25,792 nucleotides of DNA from Pseudobacteriovorax sp. (GTDB lineage Bacteria; Bdellovibrionota_B; Oligoflexia; Oligoflexales; Oligoflexaceae). The stretch covers positions 1 to 25,792 of the forward strand of contig JBNKNM010000066.1 of assembly GCA_050293845.1 (NCBI GenBank). The letters are read 5' to 3'. Below the pieces are notes generated by a model that was not told where the DNA came from, did no database searches, and saw only the letters and a list, made by a program, of their open reading frames with translations. A program made the position numbers and the translations under genes. Shown here piece by piece: positions 16,136 to 24,404 of this stretch; position 1 is the first letter of the stretch; each line of letters starts with the position of its first letter.

Positions 16136-16609
16136 ATGGCAAACAAAGACTCTATTAAAAAAGTTTCTATCATTATTTCCAAAGGCTCACTTGACGGGAT
16201 TTACCCAGGATTGATTATGGCAAACGGAGCCCGAATGGAAGGTATTGAGACTAATCTGTTCTTTACCTTCTTCGGTATGGATGCCATCAATAAGGCTCAT
16301 CATGAGCATATCAAGGTCGCCACTGTTGGCAACCCTGGTCTTCATCTAGCAACCTTAGTCGGAGCTCTTCCTGGGGTCTCTTCTCTTGTTACTCGTGAGA
16401 TGTACAAATCTATGGATAAATTGGATATCCCACCGATTCCAGAATTTATCGAAATGATTTCCGACTCGGGAGCTGGTCTATATGCCTGCAAAGCCAGTGT
16501 CGAGATGTTTAAACTGACAATGGAAGACTTTATCGAACAAATCGATAGCATCATCACCGTCGGCGAATTTTATGAGATGGCAGCTGGTGGACAGATTATT
16601 TTCACCTAA
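16136..16609 (+). CDS. DsrE/DsrF/DrsH-like (DsrE2-type) sulfurtransferase
   Basis: KVSIIISKGSLD-IYP-LIMA, LFFTFFG, LYACKAS (conserved Cys) and C-terminal QIIFT. Confidence 0.9.
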   Translation: MANKDSIKKVSIIISKGSLDGIYPGLIMANGARMEGIETNLFFTFFGMDAINKAHHEHIKVATVGNPGLHLATLVGALPGVSSLVTREMYKSMDKLDIPPIPEFIEMISDSGAGLYACKASVEMFKLTMEDFIEQIDSIITVGEFYEMAAGGQIIFT

Positions 16610-16925
16610 GGTCTTTATTTTTTCAGGTGCGTGCTGGTAGATAAATCATAAGAAAGTGTGATTTAGTTGAAATTAACCAGTCGTGCCCCATCTTACAATA
16701 TAGATGGTTGGTATTACGGCAACCAACTCAGATAGTTTTGTTCCCTTTAAAATCAAAGGGTTAGTTATTTTGATAGGTAAAAATATGAGCAAACACAAGA
16801 TATGCATCGAAAATGACATATGATTCCATGGCTTTAGATCTTGGGCATTTGCTGCACTTAAGGGAGATACCTCATGATTGTGCTGCAAATACGTCAGAAG
16901 TCCCATCGAACCAGTTGAAAATTCA

Positions 16926-16941
16926 TGGCAAGAGATTTGCT
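16926..16941 (+). promoter_or_regulatory. Sigma54 (RpoN) -24/-12 promoter of the CBS gene
   Basis: TGGCAAGAGATTTGCT has exact GG-N10-GC spacing and ends about 40 bp before the ATG at 16983. Confidence 0.7.
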
Positions 16942-16982
16942 TTTACAATATTGAGAGGTTTCACCACCAACAGGAGTAAACG

Positions 16983-17414
16983 ATGTCACAGGTAAGAACC
17001 AATCATCCGGTTTCTGAAATCATGACCAGGGACCCTATGACTATTGATATAACCACCAAAATTTCTGATGTCGCACGTATATTTTCAGAGAACTCATTTA
17101 CCCACCTACCTGTTTTAGAAAAAGGCCGTGTTGCTGGGATTGTAAGTCTTTCAGACCTATTAAGAGTGAGCTATGCCGACTATTTTGGGCAAGACGAGCG
17201 GCAAGCCATGGCCGTATTAGATAATTTGAAATCCATTGATGACTTAATGACAGAAAATCCAACGACTATTAGTCCCAGGGCTAGCCTCAGGGAAGCTGCT
17301 AAAGTGTTAGCTTCAGAAAGTTTCCACTCACTTCCCGTTGTGGACCCGAAAACGGAAGAATTCCTGGGAATTATTACTACCACAGATATTATGCAGTATC
17401 TGGCAGAAGCTTAA
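16983..17414 (+). CDS. Stand-alone CBS-pair (Bateman module) protein
   Basis: Two CBS repeats: VSEIMTRDP...HLPVL...GIVSLSDL and IDDLMTENP...HSLPVVD...LGIITTTDI; AGGAG RBS. Confidence 0.95.
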   Translation: MSQVRTNHPVSEIMTRDPMTIDITTKISDVARIFSENSFTHLPVLEKGRVAGIVSLSDLLRVSYADYFGQDERQAMAVLDNLKSIDDLMTENPTTISPRASLREAAKVLASESFHSLPVVDPKTEEFLGIITTTDIMQYLAEA

Positions 17415-17470
17415 CATTACTCGCCAAAATTCTCCCTCTAGAACTTAGACAACAGTTAATTTGTTGAGGC

Positions 17471-17572
17471 TTAGGGGGGGATGGGTCGGTGCATTGTGAT
17501 CCGAGCAATCGCGAGGTGAGCCATCATTTTGTAGGCATCTCTTAATTCTCTATAATGGCTTGATAATCTCTT
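17471..17572 (-). pseudogene. Possible C-terminal remnant of an IS5-family transposase
   Basis: Manual translation KRLSSHYRELRDAYKMMAHLAIARITMHRPIPP* resembles RRLxxRYExxxxxYxxMxxLAxxxIxLR. CTAGAACTT at 17438-17446 may be a decayed element end. Confidence 0.45.
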
Positions 17573-17730
17573 TGGGCCTTCCCCTGCAGATAATAAGCAA
17601 TAGGCGTGTGTCCACAAAATCTCTCTCGACTGCAGTCGAAAGCAACTCCTTTGGGTGGCAGGGGAGCGGAAAGGTTTTTTTGAATATAGAGGAACTACAA
17701 CTGCTAATTTGCGGTTTTATCTCGATAATT

Positions 17731-18225
17731 TCATAAAATATCTAATTCAAACCTAAGTATTTTAGTTCCCTTCCTTTTTTCTAGTCGACCATGACTCTTT
17801 TCTTCGGTTACCGAAAAGGAATTACAATCCTCTCTTATATTCATCATTTTAAGATGTTCTATAAACTTCTTTTTATTTCCTATTACTATAAACACGTAAT
17901 CCGCTCCTCTTAATTTTAAATATAGACCAAAACTGCTTATCGTATGTAAGGCATCCGCGGTTATTACTTTTCCTGCGATATTCATAGTATCGAGCAAAGG
18001 CATAATATTCTGAACCTCACTTTTTTTATTTGGAACTAATTGGTCGCCAACTAGAATTCCAGTATTGTGAGTTACTGCAGAAAGTATATGGGGTTGCCTA
18101 TTATTGATATTTCGCGAAGCTCTTAAAGTTTTACTATCAACTGCTATAGCATCAGATTTTTCTTTTATTAACGACTCCTTTGCGTATGACCATTTTATAG
18201 CATAGATCCTTTGAAGAATAGATTT
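17731..18225 (-). pseudogene. ISAs1-family transposase internal fragment
   Basis: The frame is open upstream of the listed ATG at 18003: AIAVDSKTLRAS...PHILSAVTHNTGILVGDQLVPNKKSEV...GKVITADALHT...GADYVFIVIGN...EKSHGRLEKR. Both the N-terminus and the C-terminal catalytic region are missing. Confidence 0.9.
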
Positions 18226-18227
18226 CT

Positions 18228-18702
18228 AATTTACCTAAACATTTACGAATTGTGCGTTCCCCTGACAAATAGCTCTGAAGAATCTACGCCATTTATCCCT
18301 GAAAGTGACAGTCGGGTGACTGACTTTCCTACCGTGACCGTATGATGGAGCGCAAGCTTGCCCGTGCGCAGAAGCATAAGAAAAAGCAAGCAAGCTAGGA
18401 AAATCCACGCAAAGACTCATAATAAGAGAATGGACGATCTCCACAAGGCTTCAACAGAAATAGTACAAGAAAACTGCCTCATAGTAGTTGGCAAATTCGG
18501 AACTAAAGGTTTAGTCAAGACTAAGATGGCAAAATCTATCAATGATGCGGCCACAACCGCATTCAAAACGATGCTGAAGTATAAAGCGAACGCGCAGCAG
18601 CATCGTATATTCGTAGAAGTTCCTGAGAACTTCTCAACCCAAATCTGTTCTAGCTGTGGAGAAATTCCAGATAGCGCGCCGAAAGGTGTGAAAGATCTTT
18701 GA
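18228..18702 (+). pseudogene. tnpB: IS200/IS605-family TnpB fragment, frameshifted and truncated
   Basis: MMERKLARAQKHKKK / QARKIHAKTHNKRMDDLHKASTEIV...KTKMAKSINDA...FKTMLKYKA...VEVPENFSTQICSSCG. Stops before the second Cys pair and RuvC-III. Removing one AAGC from (AAGC)3 at 18384-18395 restores the frame. The 5' boundary is uncertain. Confidence 0.88.
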
Positions 18703-18739
18703 AGTTCTCCTAATTTCCCAGATTTTGAGAGATAGTTAA

Positions 18740-19819
18740 CTAACTTTTGGTTAATTCCTCATCAAAACATACTGCCACTTTACCACACTCACCGGAGGAC
18801 ATTAATGAGTAAGCACTGGCAACATCATTCAAAGCAAAACGATGTGTCACTAATTCACTTGGGTGTAAGTTCCAGGACACCAGACGTTCAACTAGCTCTT
18901 CCATTCGCCAAGTTGTTGTAACCCAAGAACCATATATAGTTTTCTGATCATGTATTATGTCTGGTGAAGGAGCCATTTCCATTTTCCCCCCCTCGCCAAT
19001 CAGAACAATTTTACCCCATTTTCTTGTTGCCCTCACCGCCATGGCACGTGCGATATGGTGAGCAGAGCAGTCTATGGCTCTTTCCACACCATGTCCACCG
19101 GTAAGCTTTCTGACATCAGCCTCGTTATCATTTCCTGCTGTTAAGACCTCATCACAAAAATTAAGATCACGAGCTAGCTTCAAGCGCGTTTCAAGCAGGT
19201 CGATACCTATAATCATTTTTGCACCCATTTTGCGACATAAGGCAGCTGCTGCTAAACCAACCGGACCCAGTCCAGTAATTAACACAGTGTCATTACCACA
19301 TACTCCTATTTTCTCAATCCCCTCATAAACAGTTCCAAAACCGCAAGCAACTTGAGCCCCGTCGACATAACTGAGCTCATCAGGAAGATGAATCAAGTCC
19401 TTTTCTTCAGCAATCATATACTCAGCCATACCGCCATCTCGTTGCCAGCCATAAGCACGACGGTAAGTGTCACTGGTGCACGAAATCATAAAGCCTCGGC
19501 GACAATCATTACAAATCCCACAACCTGATATATGATAGACAATCACCCTGTCACCATCTGAAAAATGACGACAGCCGGGGCCCACCTTTACAATTTGCCC
19601 ACATGGTTCATGGCCTGCAATAACATTTTGATAACCTTCTGGACCTTTCCCCAAATGTTCGTGGTAAATGCACCGCATATCAGATCCACATATGGTGGAT
19701 GCCTTCATTCGAATTAGGACTTCTCCATGCTGAGGCTGCGGAATTTCAAACTCTTTTAACTCTACGGTTGAGTTGCCAGGCAAAACCGCCCCTTTCATAA
19801 TGTTCGTTTTGTGTGCCAT
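18740..19819 (-). CDS. Zinc-binding medium-chain (sugar alcohol/threonine dehydrogenase-like) dehydrogenase
   Basis: TICGSD, GHEPCG, structural Zn site CGICNDC...C, GLGPVG; acidic GID after beta-B suggests NAD; AGGAG RBS. Confidence 0.93.
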   Translation of the reverse strand: MAHKTNIMKGAVLPGNSTVELKEFEIPQPQHGEVLIRMKASTICGSDMRCIYHEHLGKGPEGYQNVIAGHEPCGQIVKVGPGCRHFSDGDRVIVYHISGCGICNDCRRGFMISCTSDTYRRAYGWQRDGGMAEYMIAEEKDLIHLPDELSYVDGAQVACGFGTVYEGIEKIGVCGNDTVLITGLGPVGLAAAALCRKMGAKMIIGIDLLETRLKLARDLNFCDEVLTAGNDNEADVRKLTGGHGVERAIDCSAHHIARAMAVRATRKWGKIVLIGEGGKMEMAPSPDIIHDQKTIYGSWVTTTWRMEELVERLVSWNLHPSELVTHRFALNDVASAYSLMSSGECGKVAVCFDEELTKS

Positions 19820-19842
19820 AGTTTACTCCTGTTTTAATTAGC

Positions 19843-20889
19843 TTATTCCGGTGTAATCTTTCCGTCTAAATCCCAAAGAGCTTCCCAAGTCTGCTCTTCT
19901 TTCCATAAAAACACATGTCCTTTTACTAAACGGCATTGTTTATCAATTTTTGAAATTTCGCTCATTTCTTCATCTGATAGTGGTTCTGAGATGGTGCTTT
20001 TAAGGTTGGCAAGATAATTTCGAGGTGTGGTGGAAAAAGGAATAGGAATTTGACCACGTTGTACTGCCCACTTCACGCATAGAGTGGCGGGATGAATTCC
20101 GTGTTTTTTTGCTATCTTAACAATGGTTGGATCTTCGGTATCTACGGTGTCCTCTGGAGTTTTATCTCGCTCAGGTCGAGCTGGAGATCCTATTGGACAA
20201 TACCCTATTGGTAGGATTCCCTGGTCTAGTACATATTGAAATAGTTCAGGTTGTTGAAAATGAGGATGCAACTCCATCTCATTGGCGGCGGGTTTTATTT
20301 TGGCGTCTTTAAGCAGTAATTCTAATTTAGGAATGGTCATATTTGACGTTCCAATATGCTTGACCAAACCCTCCTTTACCAACTGCTCCATGGCACGCCA
20401 GGTAACCATAAAATTTTTATGAATGTAAGGTTTCGCATCTGGACTGCGAGAAGACACATCACAATTTGCTGGATGATAATTGGGGAAAGGCCAATGTACA
20501 AGGTATAAATCCAGATAATCTAACTGCAGATCTGCCAATGTTTTAAGGCAAGACTTCCTTACATTGTCCTGCTCGTGCATATCATTCCAAAGTTTTGAAG
20601 TCACCCAAAGCTCTTTCCGACTCACCCCACTATCAATAATCTTTTTGAACACCCTACCAATTTCCTTTTCGTTTCCATATACGGAAGCACAGTCAAATTG
20701 GCGATATCCTGCCATAGCTGCTCCCCATACAGCTTCAGCCACTGTGTTACTATCAATTTGGTCGGAGCCAAAGGTTCCAAGACCTATTGCTGGAATTTTA
20801 GCCCCAGTATATAGCTTGCGATAAGGGATTATTTTTGGATCAACTCTATTTTTCTGGTTATTTAAAATGTTTTTTTGTGTTTTGTTCAT
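19843..20889 (-). CDS. Aldo/keto reductase
   Basis: IPAIGLGT, GYRQFDCASVYGNE, VTSKLWN, LDYLDLYLVHWP, IGTSN; catalytic D-Y-K-H tetrad present. Confidence 0.95.
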   Translation of the reverse strand: MNKTQKNILNNQKNRVDPKIIPYRKLYTGAKIPAIGLGTFGSDQIDSNTVAEAVWGAAMAGYRQFDCASVYGNEKEIGRVFKKIIDSGVSRKELWVTSKLWNDMHEQDNVRKSCLKTLADLQLDYLDLYLVHWPFPNYHPANCDVSSRSPDAKPYIHKNFMVTWRAMEQLVKEGLVKHIGTSNMTIPKLELLLKDAKIKPAANEMELHPHFQQPELFQYVLDQGILPIGYCPIGSPARPERDKTPEDTVDTEDPTIVKIAKKHGIHPATLCVKWAVQRGQIPIPFSTTPRNYLANLKSTISEPLSDEEMSEISKIDKQCRLVKGHVFLWKEEQTWEALWDLDGKITPE

Positions 20890-21230
20890 ATGATTTGAGT
20901 TTCTCTAATTTGATTGTACCAAGATTCCCTCGAAAATGAGAAATACGAAAATTTGGTCTTTGAGTAAGTAAGACGGCGCAAGCTGACCAACAATAATATT
21001 AAAAAATAGAAAACTAAAAAATGTTGGAGACTACGCCGTGGAAACGAATCTAGATAGTGTCATATCGATCTCGGAATATCCAGCCCAAGTCCCAAGGTGA
21101 GCTGAATAATAATAAAACTTACAAAAATCATTGAAATGAGCGATATCTGTTTTGCTTGGTCATATTATTTAATAAACAAGTTTTACTTTACTATGTGTTG
21201 TTTTGAAGATCGATGCGATTTATAAACTTT

Positions 21231-21977
21231 TTATGTGTCAGGAAGTTTGCCCATGATTATCATGCCGAGAACATCGTCTTTTGATAAATTAGTGGTTTTT
21301 TGGGTACCCACAAGGGCGCCGTTTTTGATAACTGATATTCGATCAGATAAATCGAATACATCGTGCAAATCATGACTGACAAGGAAAATACCGATACCTT
21401 CTTTTTTAAGCTGTTTTATTAACTCTGCCACCATAGCAGTTTCATGTGGACCTAAGGCTGCAGTAGGCTCATCCATAATTAAGATTTTGGCGTTGAAGTA
21501 TATTGCTCTGGAAATCGCAATAGCTTGCCGCTGGCCACCTGAAAGGTGTTTTACTAAAGTTTTGAAGTTTTTAAAATTAGGATTCAATCGAGCAATTACA
21601 TTTCGTGCCTCTTCAGTCATGGTTTTATTGTCAAGAGTGCCAAAGCGGGTGAGCTTCTCTCTCCCCAAAAACAGATTACCAGCGGCATCGAGGTTTTCTC
21701 CAAGCGCAAGAGTTTGATATATTGTTTCAATTCCATGGTTTCTCGCATCTTTAGGGGATTGAATATCCACTTTTTTGCCATTGATTAATATTTCACCTTC
21801 GTCGCGAGGTATGGCTCCAGACAGAGTTTTCATCAGGACTGATTTTCCAGCTCCGTTATGTCCAAGAACACCGACAACTTCTCCAGGAAAAAGATTAAGG
21901 TCAACATTGTTAACTGCCTGAACGCCACCAAATCGTTTTTTGATATTGCGCATTGCTACCAAGGGTGTGTCATTCAT
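21231..21977 (-). CDS. Sugar ABC transporter ATP-binding protein, single-NBD type
   Basis: Walker [16 protein letters not shown] signature, Walker [14 protein letters not shown] switch; 248 aa. Confidence 0.96.
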   Translation of the reverse strand: MNDTPLVAMRNIKKRFGGVQAVNNVDLNLFPGEVVGVLGHNGAGKSVLMKTLSGAIPRDEGEILINGKKVDIQSPKDARNHGIETIYQTLALGENLDAAGNLFLGREKLTRFGTLDNKTMTEEARNVIARLNPNFKNFKTLVKHLSGGQRQAIAISRAIYFNAKILIMDEPTAALGPHETAMVAELIKQLKKEGIGIFLVSHDLHDVFDLSDRISVIKNGALVGTQKTTNLSKDDVLGMIIMGKLPDT

Positions 21978-22345
21978 CGTTCTAGTTCCTAAATTTTTTG
22001 AATTGTTGTTGATCCTTGTATAATTCGTTGCCGAGTGCTTTTTTGTATGACAAAATTTTTTTTAAGATTATTACCACGGTATTTCTTGACAGTAAATCAA
22101 AAAAGGATAATCCTGCTAAAAAATAGGACAAATATAATTCTGGAATGGATTATTATGCAAAGATTTGAGCAAAAAATTGGAACGATATTGATGACTGATC
22201 AATAATGTAAATAGCTGTATGCTTAGATGGTTGGGTAGGTCTTAAACTTTTGTTCAGGATTAATCAAAAGTGGATTTTGTCCAGGCATGCATCAAATGAC
22301 AGACAACTTGGTAACAATCATTCTATTGTTGATTCTTTAGGAAGG

Positions 22346-23347
22346 ATGAATGGCGACACAGTGATATCAAAAGAAAAACAAAAAGACCTGATCCAAAAGT
22401 TTGCTGCTTTGACAGGACTGATAACCCTGACAATCATCTTTTCCGTTAGTAGTAACGCGTTTTTTTCAATGGGCAATGCTATGAGTGTAGCCTTACAGAC
22501 CTCGTCGCTGGCTCTACTTGGTATTGGTATGACTTGTGTGATCATTACCGGAGGCATTGACTTGAGTGTTGGTTCTGTGTTGGCCCTCTCAGGTACTGTC
22601 GCTGGACTTCTAGTCAAAGGTGGAACCCCGATTTCTTTCGCATTCTCTGCTGCACTAGCAGTGGGGACGCTTTGCGGGCTATTTAACGGCCTGGTAATAA
22701 CCAAAATGAAACTCCCCCCATTTATTGCAACTTTAGGCATGATGGGGATTGCTAGAGGAATTGCATTGCAGTTGACTGGTGCAGCTCCGGTTTCCGGATT
22801 GGGAGAATCTTTTGGTGTTTTAGGTAACGGTGCCCTTTTCAGGATTATTGAAAAGGGGACCAATGGCCTGCCTTGGGTAATTTTCCCGGGCATACCGTAC
22901 CCAGTGATCATGATGATAATTTGTGCTTTATTTATCGCTTTTTTTCTCAACAAGACCAGAACCGGTAGATATATGTATACTGTCGGCTCTAGCGAGGAAG
23001 CAACGCGTTTAGCAGGAATTGGTGTCACCAATGTCAAGTTGATAGCTTATTCAATTTCGGGTTTTTTCTCGGGATTGACTGGTATTGTTATTATGTCACG
23101 ATTGGTAACTGCACAACCAAATGAAGGAGTTATGTATGAGTTAGACGCTATTGCCAGTGCAGTAATTGGTGGTACGTCTTTAATGGGAGGAGTAGGAACT
23201 ATTTCAGGAACATTCATTGGTGCATTTGTAATTGGAATTCTCCGCAATGGGCTCAATATGAATGGAGTTTCCTCTTTCATTCAACAGATCGTCATTGGCG
23301 CTGTCATCATTGGTACAGTTTGGATTGACCACCTAAGAAACAAGTAG
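22346..23347 (+). CDS. Monosaccharide ABC transporter permease (RbsC family), possibly for L-fucose or a related sugar
   Basis: GGIDLSVGS, PPFIATLG, GRY-Y-VG, YELDAIASAVIGGTSL-GG-G. Start more likely at ATG 22346 or GTG 22361 than TTG 22250. Confidence 0.95.
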   Translation: MNGDTVISKEKQKDLIQKFAALTGLITLTIIFSVSSNAFFSMGNAMSVALQTSSLALLGIGMTCVIITGGIDLSVGSVLALSGTVAGLLVKGGTPISFAFSAALAVGTLCGLFNGLVITKMKLPPFIATLGMMGIARGIALQLTGAAPVSGLGESFGVLGNGALFRIIEKGTNGLPWVIFPGIPYPVIMMIICALFIAFFLNKTRTGRYMYTVGSSEEATRLAGIGVTNVKLIAYSISGFFSGLTGIVIMSRLVTAQPNEGVMYELDAIASAVIGGTSLMGGVGTISGTFIGAFVIGILRNGLNMNGVSSFIQQIVIGAVIIGTVWIDHLRNK

Positions 23348-23413
23348 TTTCTGGCAGCAATTGGAAACTAAATTTGATATAAATTATCAGTTTAATCAAA
23401 AGGTTAGAAAAAA

Positions 23414-24361
23414 ATGAAAAATTTGATTACGGTTTTATTGCTCACATTTATGGTTCCCTTATTTTCCACTCCAGCTTTTTCAAGCAGCAAAGAAATTGCC
23501 GTTATTGTTAAAACAACGAATTCAAATTTTTGGCAAAATGTATTCAAAGGCGCAAACGCAGCGGTGAAAAAGAACCCTTCTTACCATATGACATTTCAAG
23601 GTCCTCCAGCTGAATCGATGATAGCTGAACAAGTGAATATGGTTGAAAATGCGGTTAATAGAAAAGTGGCGGGTATTGTTCTTGCGCCTTCAGATCCTGA
23701 AGCCCTTATTCCAGCGGCCCGAAAAGCTTATGAAAATGGAATTCCTTTGGTTATTATTGATTCAGCATTGGCTGATTCCGGTAAGAAATATTATCAGGCG
23801 TTTCTTGCCACCGATAATCATCTTGCAGGCCAACTCTGCGCAAAAACCCTAATATCCACTATTGGGAAAGAAGGGAAAATTGCAGTTATGTCTTACATAG
23901 CGGGAGTAGGATCAGAAATCGGTCGAGTAGGCGGTTTTAAAGAATACATAAAGAAAAACTCAAACTTAAAAATCGTTGGGACTTTCTATTCACAAGCACA
24001 AATGGCAACAGCATTAAACCAAACGACTGACGTGTTAAATGCACATCCTGATTTAAAAGGAATTTTTGGCGCTAACGAACCAACTGCGATTGGAATGGCT
24101 CGAGCCATTATTCAAGCCAATAAAAAAGGGCAGGTTAAAGCTGTTGGCTTTGATGGGAATCAAGATCTACAGGGCTTTACAAAAGATGGCACGCTCGAAG
24201 CCATAGCGGTTCAGGGATCATACCAGATGGGTGAACTTGGTGTGACAGCGATTCTGGACTTAGTAGCTGGCAAAAAAGTTAAGAGTTTCATTAATACTGG
24301 TGTTGTTATGGTTACGAAAGACAACATCGAACTTCCTGTGGCCAAAAACGTTCTATACTAA
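23414..24361 (+). CDS. Monosaccharide ABC transporter periplasmic binding protein (RbsB family), possibly for L-fucose or a related sugar
   Basis: Signal peptide; IAVIVKTTNSNFWQNV, GIPLVIIDS, ATDN, GIFGANEP, VGFDG. Substrate is inferred from the neighbouring fucU. Confidence 0.95.
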   Translation: MKNLITVLLLTFMVPLFSTPAFSSSKEIAVIVKTTNSNFWQNVFKGANAAVKKNPSYHMTFQGPPAESMIAEQVNMVENAVNRKVAGIVLAPSDPEALIPAARKAYENGIPLVIIDSALADSGKKYYQAFLATDNHLAGQLCAKTLISTIGKEGKIAVMSYIAGVGSEIGRVGGFKEYIKKNSNLKIVGTFYSQAQMATALNQTTDVLNAHPDLKGIFGANEPTAIGMARAIIQANKKGQVKAVGFDGNQDLQGFTKDGTLEAIAVQGSYQMGELGVTAILDLVAGKKVKSFINTGVVMVTKDNIELPVAKNVLY

Positions 24362-24370
24362 CAGTTAATG

Positions 24371-24404
24371 CGACGGCATGCGATTGTTGACGATGCCGTC
24401 GTTT
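24371..24404 (+). terminator. Stem-loop terminator after the binding-protein gene
   Basis: CGACGGCAT-N13-ATGCCGTCG followed by TTT. Confidence 0.75.

Noticed and set aside
16673..16995. ORFs 16673..16906 (-) and 16813..16995 (+)
   Set aside because: No motifs; the region is better explained as the sigma54 regulatory region.
17601..17618. TAGGCGTGTGTCCACAAA as an IS5/IS427-type end
   Set aside because: Resemblance is from memory only, with no partner repeat found.
17636..17683. Riboswitch-like look of the GAAA-containing GC-rich segment
   Set aside because: No match to a riboswitch consensus I recognise and no downstream gene on that strand.
18358..18702. TnpB as an active RNA-guided nuclease or Cas12-like effector
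   Set aside because: Frameshifted, lacks RuvC-I and RuvC-III, and no CRISPR array is visible anywhere in the window.
22250..22345. N-terminal extension of the permease from TTG 22250, or a remnant of a lost ATPase tail (INQKWILSRHAS)
   Set aside because: No RBS for the TTG, and similarity to ATPase C-termini is too weak to call.
22318..23280. Long antisense ORFs 22318..23037 (239 aa) and 23047..23280
   Set aside because: Codon-mirror shadows of the hydrophobic permease gene.
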